64,000 bases of DNA, taken from NCBI GenBank assembly GCA_964386665.1, contig CAYLQP010000003.1, positions 28,731 through 92,730 of the forward strand. Reading direction: 5' to 3'. A model generated the notes under the pieces. That model was not told the origin of the DNA, did no database searches, and was given only the letters and a program-made list of their open reading frames with translations. Of the stretch, positions 9,681-18,882 are shown piece by piece. Every line of letters starts with the position of its first letter. The first letter of the stretch is position 1. Both the position numbers and the translations under genes were made by a program. The DNA comes from an uncultured Candidatus Saccharibacteria bacterium (lineage in GTDB: Bacteria > Patescibacteriota > Minisyncoccia > Phycocordibacterales > CAIRYW01).

Positions 9681-10047
9681 ATAACTTTTTTAAACTCATT
9701 ACGCTTTTTCCGAGCATATTGGAAATTTGCTCCGCTTCATCAATAATCAATTCAAGATCTTTGATAGCAACTAGTTTTGAATCTTTTAAGAGATTAAGCC
9801 AATAAAGCGTTTCATTTGAGCTTTTAAGTGATATCTCATAAAACTTCTTAAATTCTAATCTCGAGCTAGAGGCTTTTGCTTCCACAATGTTCGCACCGAT
9901 TGAGGTGGCAGATCTAAGTAATTGATCACCAATGACCCAACCGGCACGTTTTTGTGGTAAAGAATCCAAAAGTCTAATGATACTTAAACTAAACTGATAA
10001 GTTCGTTGTTTGAGATCGGTTTTGAACTTTGAGTTTAAATTTTGCAT
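9679..10047 (-). CDS. Four helix bundle protein (23S rRNA IVS / TIGR02436-like family)
   Basis: QLLRSATSIGANIVEA...SRLEFKKFYEISLKSSNETLYWL signature. Confidence 0.92.
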   Translation of the reverse strand: MQNLNSKFKTDLKQRTYQFSLSIIRLLDSLPQKRAGWVIGDQLLRSATSIGANIVEAKASSSRLEFKKFYEISLKSSNETLYWLNLLKDSKLVAIKDLELIIDEAEQISNMLGKSVMSLKKL

Positions 10048-10075
10048 TTTGATTTTTGAATTCTTACTTTTACCT
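10020..10075. repeat. Heptamer arm at 5' end of four-helix-bundle gene (inverted relative to 9625-9680)
   Basis: tttgaac tttgagt ttaaatt ttgcatt ttgattt ttgaatt cttactt. Confidence 0.7.
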
Positions 10076-11963
10076 ATTTCTTCTCTTCCTCCTTAAACTC
10101 AGCTTCTTTTGGTTCTTCTTGCTTTGGAGTGTCAGCTGATGATTCAGGATTTGCTTGTTGAGATTGTTTTGCCATCTCTTCACCAATCTTTGACATCTCA
10201 GTTGAAAGTGCTTCTGTTGCTTTTTTCATTGTCTCAATATCATTTCCTTCTTTTGCTGTTTTGAGATCTGCAATCTTTGCTTCAACAGATGCTTTCAAAT
10301 CTGCACTTATCTTGTCTCCATTGTCCTTAAGAGACTTCTCAGCAGTGTAAAGTACTTGATCAGCGATATTTTTCGCTTCGATTTCAAGTTTTTTCTTCTC
10401 ATCATCTGCTGCATGCATCTCAGCATCTTTTTGCATCTTTTCGATATCTTCTTTTGAAAGTCCAGAACTTGCTTCGATTCGGATTGAGTTTTCTTTGTTC
10501 GTTGCCTTATCCTTCGCCTTCACAGAAAGAATTCCGTTTGCATCAATATCAAAGGTTACTTCCACTTGAGGTACTCCTCGAGGTGCAGGTGGGATTCCAT
10601 CAAGAATAAATCTTCCCAAACTCTTGTTGTCAGAGGCCATTGCTCGTTCTCCTTGAACGATATGAATTTCAGTTGAAGTTTGGTTATCTGTTGCGGTTGA
10701 GAATACTTGAGACTTTGAAGTTGGAATAGTTGTGTTCTTTTCAATCAATTTTGTTGCTACTCCTCCCATTGTTTCGATTCCAAGAGAAAGCGGGATTACA
10801 TCAAGAAGAAGTACATCTTTCACATCTCCTCCAAGAATTCCTCCTTGAATAGCAGCCCCAAGAGCTACTACTTCATCTGGGTTTACTCCCATATTTGGCT
10901 CTTTGTTGAAGAAGTCTTTTACCGCTTTTTGGATTGCTGGCATTCGAGTTTGTCCTCCAACCAGGATCACCTCATTGATATCTCCCACCTTAAATGGTGA
11001 TGCTTCAACCGCTCGTTTAGTAATAGACATTGCTCGGTCGATAAACTCAGAAGTCAACTCTTCGAGTTTTGCTCGAGTAAGTGTGATGAGTAAGTGACGA
11101 GGTCCTGAACTATCTGATGTAATGAACGGAATATTTACTTCTGTTTGAACTGCTGTCGAAAGCTCGATCTTGGCTTTTTCTGCCGCTTCGTCTAATCGTT
11201 GCAACGCAAGAGCATCTCCTCGAAGATCAATACCTGATTCTTTTTTGAACTCATCGGCAAGGAAGTTAATGATTTTTTGATCTAAGTCCTTTCCTCCGAG
11301 GTGTGCGTCTCCATCAGTTGATTTTACTTCTACAACATCATCCCCTACTTCAAGTACTGAGATATCAAATGTTCCTCCTCCGAAGTCGAACACTACGATC
11401 TTTTCATCTTTTTTCTTGTTGAATCCGTATGCAAGAGCAGCAGCAGTTGGTTCGTTGATGATTCGCATTACTTCAAGTCCTGCAATCTTTCCTGCATCTT
11501 TGGTTGCTTGTCGTTGTGCATCGTTGAAGTACGCAGGTACCGTAATTACTGCTTGTGTGACAGGTTCTCCTACTCGTGCTTCTGCGTCAGCTTTGAGCTT
11601 TTGGAGAATCATCGCAGAAATCTCTTCTGGACGATATTCTTTGTTCCCCATTTTTACTTCGATTCCTCCGTTTGAAGACTTTGTTATTTCGTATGGAACT
11701 GAAGCTTTGTCTTTTTGAACCGGAGCCTCATCGAAGTTATGTCCGATAAATCGCTTGATTTGATAAATTGTGTTTTTTGGGTTTGTTACTCCTTGTCGTT
11801 TTGCAAGAAGCCCTGCAAGACGTTCCCCTGTTTTACTTTCGGCAACGATCGAAGGAGTCGTTCGAGCTCCTTCTGCGTTTTCGAGAATCTTTGGACTACC
11901 TGCCTCCATTACCGCAATAGCAGAGTTAGTAGTTCCAAGGTCAATACCAATTATTTTTGACAT
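10074..11963 (-). CDS. dnaK: Chaperone DnaK
   Basis: [25 protein letters not shown]. Confidence 0.99.
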   Translation of the reverse strand: MSKIIGIDLGTTNSAIAVMEAGSPKILENAEGARTTPSIVAESKTGERLAGLLAKRQGVTNPKNTIYQIKRFIGHNFDEAPVQKDKASVPYEITKSSNGGIEVKMGNKEYRPEEISAMILQKLKADAEARVGEPVTQAVITVPAYFNDAQRQATKDAGKIAGLEVMRIINEPTAAALAYGFNKKKDEKIVVFDFGGGTFDISVLEVGDDVVEVKSTDGDAHLGGKDLDQKIINFLADEFKKESGIDLRGDALALQRLDEAAEKAKIELSTAVQTEVNIPFITSDSSGPRHLLITLTRAKLEELTSEFIDRAMSITKRAVEASPFKVGDINEVILVGGQTRMPAIQKAVKDFFNKEPNMGVNPDEVVALGAAIQGGILGGDVKDVLLLDVIPLSLGIETMGGVATKLIEKNTTIPTSKSQVFSTATDNQTSTEIHIVQGERAMASDNKSLGRFILDGIPPAPRGVPQVEVTFDIDANGILSVKAKDKATNKENSIRIEASSGLSKEDIEKMQKDAEMHAADDEKKKLEIEAKNIADQVLYTAEKSLKDNGDKISADLKASVEAKIADLKTAKEGNDIETMKKATEALSTEMSKIGEEMAKQSQQANPESSADTPKQEEPKEAEFKEEEKK

Positions 11964-11986
11964 AAATTTTTTAGTTAGTTAGATGC

Positions 11987-12135
11987 TAGGCTTTGGGCAC
12001 TAGCTAGTTTAATAAACAAATTACAAGCACCAAATAACAAACAATCCTCAAATCTTAATTTTGCAAATTCCAATCGTAGATTAATTATTGGAGTTTGAAT
12101 TTTATTTGTGATTTGGAATTTGGTTCTTGGTGATT
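11987..12135. repeat. Heptamer-repeat inverted-repeat element
   Basis: A-rich arm aaattacaagcaccaaataacaaac can pair imperfectly with T-rich arm atttggaatttggttcttggtgatt; inner aaattccaat/attggagttt. Confidence 0.75.
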
Positions 12136-12433
12136 ACGCTAGCGTTGGCGCACGTGGTTTAGATCCGTTGATATCAATAAGACTACTTACATAAGGAGAT
12201 TGAATCGCAAGATTAAAAGTTGAAATAAGCAAGTCATCAAATACAGAAGTACTTTGACATATAGGCAAAGCGATTGTTTCCGAAAGGTCTTCAATCTTGC
12301 CAAGAGGAATTACCTTAATAATTTCTGCCTTTACCCCATCAAGTTCATTTGAAACAGCAAAAAAGACACGGAAAATAAAGCCGTTTTTCTCGATTACTTT
12401 TTCAACTATTTGTTTTCGGGTAGTTGTAAGCAT
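12134..12433 (-). CDS. Hypothetical protein between grpE and dnaK, C-terminal KPRAPT motif
   Basis: 99 aa ORF; TGgTATAAT 7 nt before ATG. Confidence 0.7.
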   Translation of the reverse strand: MLTTTRKQIVEKVIEKNGFIFRVFFAVSNELDGVKAEIIKVIPLGKIEDLSETIALPICQSTSVFDDLLISTFNLAIQSPYVSSLIDINGSKPRAPTLA

Positions 12434-12485
12434 TTGTTTAATTATACCAAAACAATATCAAAACTAAAACCCCAACACAAGACCT

Positions 12486-13079
12486 TTATTTCTTCTCAAA
12501 CACCTTCACTCCTGCTGGGCGGATTTCTTTACCATTTAGTACATAGCCTTTTTGCATTACTTCTGCAACCAAACCTACTTTTGATTCATCGTCAGTTTCA
12601 ACCACTCCAACTGGATTATGTTTCATTACATCGAGCTTTTGTCCTACGGGATTTTCTTGTTTAACTCCTGCGTTTTCGAGAGTTCTAAGTATTTGATTGT
12701 AAATGTATTCAATACCGCTTCGCCATGCACTATCAACTTTTTCCCAGGCTTCTTTGTTCGCCATTGCCATATCAAAAGCATCGAGTGTTGGTAACAACTC
12801 CACAATGAAGTTTTCATTTGCATACTTAATTAGTTCAAGTCGAGACTTATCCGCTTCTTTTTGAGCGTTCACATAGTCAGCTTTTGTACGTTGCCAACCG
12901 AGAAGGTTCTCAGCACTTTCTTTTTGCAACTCTTTTATCTTTGTCTTGAGTTTTTTGATTTCAGCCCTCGCGTCTTCTTCTGAATATTCCATATCTAAAT
13001 CTGCATCTAGATCGGTGTCTGAATTTGTATTTGGCTCGATTGTTACATCGTCTTGTTCTTCTTGTTGTTGATTATCCAT
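12486..13079 (-). CDS. grpE: Nucleotide exchange factor GrpE
   Basis: RTKADYVN, LLPTLD, QKGY...IRPAGV. Confidence 0.97.
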   Translation of the reverse strand: MDNQQQEEQDDVTIEPNTNSDTDLDADLDMEYSEEDARAEIKKLKTKIKELQKESAENLLGWQRTKADYVNAQKEADKSRLELIKYANENFIVELLPTLDAFDMAMANKEAWEKVDSAWRSGIEYIYNQILRTLENAGVKQENPVGQKLDVMKHNPVGVVETDDESKVGLVAEVMQKGYVLNGKEIRPAGVKVFEKK

Positions 13080-13118
13080 AGATACATTGTATAAAAAAAG
13101 AGAGAAATTTCAACTTAC

Positions 13119-13148
13119 AAAAAACTTCGCTTTGTGGCGAAGTTTTTT
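13119..13148. terminator. Bidirectional terminator-like hairpin
   Basis: aaaaaacttcgc-tttgtg-gcgaagtttttt. Confidence 0.7.
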
Positions 13149-13176
13149 TGGTTTTTTGAAGTTATTGTTTTGACCA

Positions 13177-13293
13177 TTGCGGGTCCCAGATATTTTTCTG
13201 GTGAAAAATTCCGTGACCTCGTCTCGCGCCGTCGCGCTCCGACCTTGCAGTCGGGTCCCTTTCCCGACTTCACTTTTCGCGCTCCGCCCGCAA
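13177..13293 (-). ncRNA. Putative structured RNA / dispersed repeat element (copy 1)
   Basis: GC-rich, closed by ttgcggg/cccgcaa; internal hairpins; core shared with 40632-40750. Confidence 0.55.
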
Positions 13294-13319
13294 GGCGCTA
13301 CATAGTGGTTAGTAAAGCA

Positions 13320-13348
13320 AAAAAAAATCCCCTTTCGGGGATATTTTT
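13320..13348 (-). terminator. Terminator after rpsI
   Basis: atcccc-tttc-ggggat flanked by A/T tracts. Confidence 0.7.
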
Positions 13349-13752
13349 TATCGCTTTGACCACTGTGGCGCCTTGCGGGCTTTCTTGAGACCGAATTTTC
13401 GTCGTTCTTTTGCTCGGGCATCTCGCTTAAGGAGACCTTCTTTTTTGAGTGCTCCTCGAAGGTGTTTATCGTATACTGTAAGAGCTCGGGCAATTCCAAG
13501 AGATACTGCACCTGCTTGTGATGAAATTCCTCCTCCAACTACTTCAACTGAAACTTTAAATTTTTGTTCAATACCAGATTTGACAAAAGGAGCAGAAACT
13601 GTTTTTTGTAAATCAGCTGTTGGAAAATGTACTTCAAAAGCTTTTTTGTTGATTATAAAAGATGTTTTAGAATCAGGAGTAATTCGCACTCGTGCAATAG
13701 AGGTTTTTCGTCGTCCTAGCCCTTCAAAATATGTTGTATCTTTAGTCGCCAT
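13348..13752 (-). CDS. rpsI: 30S ribosomal protein S9
   Basis: GRRKTSIARV, KERRKFGLKKARKAPQWSKR. Confidence 0.98.
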   Translation of the reverse strand: MATKDTTYFEGLGRRKTSIARVRITPDSKTSFIINKKAFEVHFPTADLQKTVSAPFVKSGIEQKFKVSVEVVGGGISSQAGAVSLGIARALTVYDKHLRGALKKEGLLKRDARAKERRKFGLKKARKAPQWSKR

Positions 13753-13756
13753 ATAA

Positions 13757-14101
13757 TTATTCTGTTATTTTAAGATTTAAAAGCATTTTTGCTCGAAGTT
13801 TGTTTTTTGGAAGCATTCCAGAAATAGCGTGTTTGAGCACTTCACTGTATCCCTTCTTCTTTGTTACACGTTCAAGAGTTTCTTTTGTAAGTCCTCCTGG
13901 GTATCCAGAATATCGTGAGTGTGTACTTTCTTTTAGCTTCTTTTCAGTGATTGAAATAAGAGAAGCGTTTGTAATAACCACCTTTGAAACTGGCATTTTG
14001 TTTCGTGCAAAATCAACTGAATCTTTGTTCATCAAAAGATGTGCCGCCTTACTTGCGATTCGTCCTAGTTTTTGGTTTGTTGCGTCAATTGTATGTTCCA
14101 T
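13757..14101 (-). CDS. rplM: 50S ribosomal protein L13 (short form)
   Basis: IDA...LGRIAS, SGYPGG, GMLPKNKL. Confidence 0.95.
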   Translation of the reverse strand: MEHTIDATNQKLGRIASKAAHLLMNKDSVDFARNKMPVSKVVITNASLISITEKKLKESTHSRYSGYPGGLTKETLERVTKKKGYSEVLKHAISGMLPKNKLRAKMLLNLKITE

Positions 14102-14108
14102 AATATTT

Positions 14109-14462
14109 TTACTTTACAAATTCTATAAATGCCATCTTACTTGCATCTTTCTGACGTCGTGGAAGTTTGATGATTCGTGTGTAACCTCCATTTACTTCTT
14201 TGAATACAGGAGCGATATCTGCAAACATTTTTGTAAGCGCAACACCATTACCGATTTTTGTTGCAACAAGTCTTCGAGATGCCACAGAGTCAACCTTAGC
14301 TTTAGTAATAAGCTTTTCAATATGAGGTCGAAGTTCTTTTGCTTTTGCTTCTGTCGTAGTGATCTTTTCTCGAGTGATAAGAGCAACAGACAATGCCTTC
14401 AAAAGCGCTTTTCTTTGATTTCGATCTCTTTTAAATTTTCGTGGTTTACTGTGGTGTCTCAT
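14109..14462 (-). CDS. rplQ: 50S ribosomal protein L17
   Basis: MRH, ITTTEAKAKELR, GGYTRIIK. Confidence 0.98.
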   Translation of the reverse strand: MRHHSKPRKFKRDRNQRKALLKALSVALITREKITTTEAKAKELRPHIEKLITKAKVDSVASRRLVATKIGNGVALTKMFADIAPVFKEVNGGYTRIIKLPRRQKDASKMAFIEFVK

Positions 14463-14468
14463 GGTACT

Positions 14469-15434
14469 TTATTTTAATTCGATTGAAAATTCCTTCAACA
14501 TGTTTTTGATTTCTTGTACGCCTTTTGCCCCAAGTCCATCAATTTCACCAAGATCTTTTTCTTTTTTTCGAGCAAGACCTCCTACTGTTCGGATATTTGC
14601 ATTAATAAGTGCATTGATTGTTCGTTGTGATAAATCAAGAGATTCAATTCGAGTCTTAAATACATCCTCAAGATCTTCTTTGTCTCCACTTTCTTCATCA
14701 GTAGATTCTTCAACTTCTCGTACAAGAGGAGCGTCATCTTCTTCTTTGAATCCAACAATCGCTCGGAGTTGATTGATCATTGTAGCAATTGAAGTTTCAA
14801 GAGCAGCTCGTGGAGCAATACTTCCATCAGATTCAATAGAAATCTTGAGACGGTTGAAGTCAGTTCGGTTTCCTACTCGCATATTTTCTACTTCGTAGTT
14901 CACTCGTCGAATCGGACTAAAAAGTGCATCAACTGCAATCGCACCGATTTCAACTCTTTCTCGTTGAACCATTTCTTTTGAAAGATACCCAAGTCCTTTT
15001 TGAATTTCGATTTCCATTACAAGTTCGAAGTTCTTATCAGTTACTTCACAGATGTATTGATCTCCGTTCATAATTTCTACTTGACCTGGAAGTTTGATAT
15101 CAGACGCAGTTACAACCTGAGGTCCTCTTACAGAAACAGTAACTGTTTGTGCTTCATCAGAAAGAATCTTAAACCGAAGTTTTTTCAAGTTTAAGATAAT
15201 AGTGATCACATCTTCTTTTACCCCATCAATCGTTGAGAATTCATGATTCGCTCCCTTGATTTTAAGACTTGTAACCGCAACTCCTTCAATTGAAGAAAGA
15301 ATGATTCGTCTAAGTGAGTTACCAAGCGTATGTCCATACCCTGGGTAAAGTCCATCGATTTCATACATACCAAAAGAACCTTCTTCTTTGATTATCTTTG
15401 GTTGTGAGGGCAATAGAATTTTTGTTTCTGCCAT
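14469..15434 (-). CDS. rpoA: RNA polymerase alpha subunit
   Basis: GYGHTLGNSLRRIILSS, HEFSTIDGVKED. Confidence 0.99.
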   Translation of the reverse strand: MAETKILLPSQPKIIKEEGSFGMYEIDGLYPGYGHTLGNSLRRIILSSIEGVAVTSLKIKGANHEFSTIDGVKEDVITIILNLKKLRFKILSDEAQTVTVSVRGPQVVTASDIKLPGQVEIMNGDQYICEVTDKNFELVMEIEIQKGLGYLSKEMVQRERVEIGAIAVDALFSPIRRVNYEVENMRVGNRTDFNRLKISIESDGSIAPRAALETSIATMINQLRAIVGFKEEDDAPLVREVEESTDEESGDKEDLEDVFKTRIESLDLSQRTINALINANIRTVGGLARKKEKDLGEIDGLGAKGVQEIKNMLKEFSIELK

Positions 15435-15510
15435 AATATTTAAATGTGACCTTATAATTGATTTAACTAAAAAACTTTACGATTATACCTTATTTTTTTG
15501 ATCTTAGCAA

Positions 15511-16113
15511 CTATCTTCGGTAATACTCGAACACCGCCTCCAGATCAAACATTAACTCTGTAGGTTTTGCTTTTGGAATACCAGAGACAACTCCTTCTTT
15601 TGTCTTCACATCAAATGTGATCCATTCAGGGATAGTGATGTCTTTGTATCGTGCTTCAAGGTCTTTGAAGAGTCCGGCTCCTTCACTTTCTTTTCTGATA
15701 GTTACTTTATCTCCGTTTTTTATTGCGTAAGAAGGAATAGTTACTTTTCGTCCGTTTACTTTGATGTGACCGTGAGAAACCATCTGTCGAGCTTGTCTTC
15801 GAGTAAGTGCAAATCCAAGTCGGTATGCAACGTTATCAAGTCGTCGTTCAAGTGCTTCAAAAAGTTTATCTGTTTGAGATCCTCCTTTTGATTCGAGGAT
15901 CATTTTTACATAGTTCTTAAATTGCTTTTCTGAAACTCCGTAAGTAAATCGAGCTTTTTGTTTTTCATTTAGTTGAAGACCAAAAGCACTTTTAGGTTTT
16001 CCAAAAGCTGCTTTTCTTCGCTCTTTTGAGGCAGCAAATTTAGCTGTTTGAGTTTTCTCAAATATTGGAGCTCCAAGCCGTCGTGCTAATTTGTATTTTG
16101 GTCCAAGTTTCAT
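15511..16113 (-). CDS. rpsD: 30S ribosomal protein S4
   Basis: EKQKARFTYG, LERRLDNVAYRLGF, ARQMVSHGH. Confidence 0.98.
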   Translation of the reverse strand: MKLGPKYKLARRLGAPIFEKTQTAKFAASKERRKAAFGKPKSAFGLQLNEKQKARFTYGVSEKQFKNYVKMILESKGGSQTDKLFEALERRLDNVAYRLGFALTRRQARQMVSHGHIKVNGRKVTIPSYAIKNGDKVTIRKESEGAGLFKDLEARYKDITIPEWITFDVKTKEGVVSGIPKAKPTELMFDLEAVFEYYRR

Positions 16114-16147
16114 AAAATGAATTCGATAATTTAAAGTTAAGTGTTAA

Positions 16148-16579
16148 TTATACTCGACGTGGTTTTGGTGGTCGAGGTCCGTTATGTGGTACTGGGGTTA
16201 CGTCTTTGATTCCAGTGATTTCAAAGTTACCTTTTGAGATAAAACCTCGAATTGATGATTCTCGTCCAGAACCAACACCGTTTACAACAACAGTAACTTG
16301 TTTTACTCCCATTGCAAGGGCTTTTGCTCCCAACGTTTCTCCGATTTTTGCAGCTGCAAATGGAGTACCTTTTTTTGCACCCTTAAATCCTAGACTTCCA
16401 CTTGAGCTCCAAGCAAGCGCATTTCCTTTCATATCAGTCAAAATAACCTTTGTGTTGTTGTATGTAGATTGGATATTTAAAATAACAGAATCTACTCTTT
16501 TCTTTGAAAGAGAAGAAGATCGAGGCTTATCATCCTCTTTTGATCCGTCCTTTTTAGTTATGATTCGTTTTTTTCCCAT
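16148..16579 (-). CDS. rpsK: 30S ribosomal protein S11
   Basis: STYNNT, KGTPFAA, DVTPVPHNGPRP. Confidence 0.98.
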   Translation of the reverse strand: MGKKRIITKKDGSKEDDKPRSSSLSKKRVDSVILNIQSTYNNTKVILTDMKGNALAWSSSGSLGFKGAKKGTPFAAAKIGETLGAKALAMGVKQVTVVVNGVGSGRESSIRGFISKGNFEITGIKDVTPVPHNGPRPPKPRRV

Positions 16580-16599
16580 TGTGTTGCCTTTGTTTATTA

Positions 16600-16977
16600 T
16601 TATTTCTTGTCAGCTTTCTTTCGTCCACTTCCCATCGTCTTTTTAACTCCTTTGAGTGTTCGAGCATTTGTCTTTGTTCTTTGCCCTCGCACTGGAAGTC
16701 TTTTCATATGACGTACTCCTCGGTAACATTTGATATCTTTGAGTCGTTTGATGTTTGAACTGATTTCTCGCTTGAGTTCACCTTCAAGTGTGAATCCTTC
16801 GATTACCTTTCGAATCTCGTTTTCTTGATCAGTTGAAAGATCTTTTCCTTTTGTTCCAGCATCTATACCTACTTGTTTAAGTATAGATTGCGCCAAAGGA
16901 CGTCCAATACCATACACGGCAGTTAAACCAATTTCTAATCTTTTTTCGTCTGGAATTGTAATACCTAATACTCGCAT
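16600..16977 (-). CDS. rpsM: 30S ribosomal protein S13
   Basis: [24 protein letters not shown]. Confidence 0.98.
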   Translation of the reverse strand: MRVLGITIPDEKRLEIGLTAVYGIGRPLAQSILKQVGIDAGTKGKDLSTDQENEIRKVIEGFTLEGELKREISSNIKRLKDIKCYRGVRHMKRLPVRGQRTKTNARTLKGVKKTMGSGRKKADKK

Positions 16978-16996
16978 AATATATTTTTATTTAAAA

Positions 16997-17113
16997 TTAC
17001 CCTTGTCTTTGCTTATGTCGCTTATCAGCTTTGCAAATAACTCGAACAAGACCCTTCCTTCGAACGACCTCGCATTTCGGACATATTTTTTTTACTGATG
17101 CTTTTACTTTCAT
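16997..17113 (-). CDS. rpmJ: 50S ribosomal protein L36
   Basis: Manual translation [38 protein letters not shown]. Confidence 0.97.
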   Translation of the reverse strand: MKVKASVKKICPKCEVVRRKGLVRVICKADKRHKQRQG

Positions 17114-17179
17114 AATATTTTGACAATATACTATACTCTCCTTTTTAAGTCAAAGGAAAATATACATTTACCTCATAAT

Positions 17180-17392
17180 TTAACCTCTTCTAATGATTCT
17201 CGCCTTTCCACCATAGGGATCTATCTCCATTTCTACCTTATCCCCAATCAACACTCTAATCCGATTTAACCTCATTTTTCCTGAAAGAAAAGCTAAAATA
17301 ACCTCACCATCTTCTTTCTCAACTTTAAAAAGAGTATTCGGTAACGCCTCTAAAACAACTCCATTTTCGGTCGGCTTTTTTTTTGTATCCAT
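17180..17392 (-). CDS. infA: Translation initiation factor IF-1
   Basis: [27 protein letters not shown]. Confidence 0.97.
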   Translation of the reverse strand: MDTKKKPTENGVVLEALPNTLFKVEKEDGEVILAFLSGKMRLNRIRVLIGDKVEMEIDPYGGKARIIRRG

Positions 17393-17423
17393 TTACAATT
17401 TATGTACTTTTTATTATGTGTAA

Positions 17424-17452
17424 ATTATAACTAATCTCATATCACAAGTCAA
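17424..17452 (-). promoter_or_regulatory. sigma70 promoter of infA
   Basis: TTGACT-17-TATAAT on minus strand. Confidence 0.7.
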
Positions 17453-17488
17453 ATAAACCTCTTTTTAAAGTTCTTGGGCTAGAGGCTT

Positions 17489-18832
17489 TTATTGATTCCC
17501 TAGACTGTTTTTTGTAATGTTGATCTTAGATGTGTTTGATGTGACGCTCGAAAACCAAAATGGAGTGACTATTACTTGGGCTTTTTCGATAATAGGAAAT
17601 TGTGTAAGAATCTTTGGTATTTCTTTCTTTTTTTGACCTACAATTGCGGTTTTTAGCTTCTCATCGTCTAAATGATAGGTAAACCGAACTGTCCCATTAA
17701 ATCCAAACGTAGCGCGTGTTCCCTCTTCTGTAATCGAGACAATCTGCAAACTAGCAAAATCTGGGTTAGTATTAAATCCTTCTTCCAAAGGTATTTGTTT
17801 TTCTTTTGCAAGGACCGCGAGTAGTTCCGTAGCCTTGAATGTAAATGCCTTGATGGTTGCTTTCATCGTTATTTTTGCTTTATCACCTTCATTTACACTT
17901 GAAACTGGCTCAAAGGCTATACGATAAGCACCTTCGAGAAGAATAAATTCTTTTGGTAGTTCAGCTCGCACTTTTGCAATAATTGCTGTTTCGAGCTCTT
18001 TTTTCATTTCTGTTTCAAGTCCCAAAAGAGCTTCTGCTTCAATGACAGGTACTGTACCTTCCATACCTCCAAGCATTAACGTCTTTGATCGAGCATAAAA
18101 CCCATTAAACTTTGGTGTACCTTTAAATCCAGGGATTGTAAAATCAGAAAGAGGTATATTAAAACGAGCACCAGCTTCATCCGCAGTTACAGCCACCTCA
18201 ACACTTCCTGGAACAATTTTACCAGAAACAGTCTTCTTACCAGGAACTATGACTGATTTATCGATTCTAAATATATGTCCATTTTGATCTTCTAGTCTCG
18301 TTCCAGCAACGAGTTGTTGTGTAGCTGTACTGAAGTTATTGAATACAACAACGGTTCCTTTTGCTTTGGCAGAGACTTCTTTTTGACCCTTGGCTTCAAC
18401 CACCTTTGAAACTTCGTCACTAAGCTCCACGGTATTGAACCGGAAAGAAGCTTCTTGGTTCGAATCACTTTCAGCAAAAAAAGATTCATTTTCAATTGTA
18501 AATGTTGCTTTTTTTAGATCGATAACAACTTCGGTTTTAGAAAACAACCATAATAACGTCCCAACCAAGAGCACCAATGCTGAAAAAGCGACGAGCCACA
18601 TTGTTTTGCCAGATGTTTGGTTTTGTTTTTTGAAAGATGAGACAGACTCGGTATCAGTAAAGACATCCTCATCAGGCGTATCAAATACTTCTTCTTTTGT
18701 AAGTTTTCTTCTTGGTTTTGAAACTCGTTCGTTTACATCAGATGCTTCAACATTGAGTCGTTTATGAGATAACGGAATATCTCGTATTGAGCGTTTTTCT
18801 GATGGGATAATATCTCTTAGTGAACTTTTCAT
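17489..18832 (-). CDS. Single-TM protein with baseplate-J-like region
   Basis: TM at ~aa78-97; KAKGTVVVFN, GTRL, VEVAVTADEAGARFNI, GGMEG resemble the baseplate J/gp47-like pattern. Confidence 0.6.
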   Translation of the reverse strand: MKSSLRDIIPSEKRSIRDIPLSHKRLNVEASDVNERVSKPRRKLTKEEVFDTPDEDVFTDTESVSSFKKQNQTSGKTMWLVAFSALVLLVGTLLWLFSKTEVVIDLKKATFTIENESFFAESDSNQEASFRFNTVELSDEVSKVVEAKGQKEVSAKAKGTVVVFNNFSTATQQLVAGTRLEDQNGHIFRIDKSVIVPGKKTVSGKIVPGSVEVAVTADEAGARFNIPLSDFTIPGFKGTPKFNGFYARSKTLMLGGMEGTVPVIEAEALLGLETEMKKELETAIIAKVRAELPKEFILLEGAYRIAFEPVSSVNEGDKAKITMKATIKAFTFKATELLAVLAKEKQIPLEEGFNTNPDFASLQIVSITEEGTRATFGFNGTVRFTYHLDDEKLKTAIVGQKKKEIPKILTQFPIIEKAQVIVTPFWFSSVTSNTSKINITKNSLGNQ

Positions 18833-18882
18833 ATTTGTGTCATTATACCTAAAAAAAAATTTTAATTCTACTGTGGAAAGAT

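Noticed and set aside
9679-10047. Diversity-generating retroelement suggested by the Avd-like fold
   Set aside because: No reverse transcriptase and no TR/VR pair with adenine-specific mismatches seen in the window.
6518-12135. CRISPR array
   Set aside because: Repeats are degenerate heptamers without constant repeat/unique spacer structure; no cas genes.
13177-13315. tRNA, SRP RNA or tmRNA identity for the GC-rich element
   Set aside because: No T-loop/anticodon cloverleaf, no SRP domain IV motif and no tag reading frame recognised.
13110-13538. ORFs of 142 aa (-) and 84 aa (+) over the GC-rich element
   Set aside because: They overlap rpsI and terminators and have no protein-like features; better explained as non-coding structure.
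17489-18832. Prophage tail gene
   Set aside because: The protein is membrane-anchored and no other phage structural genes are nearby.
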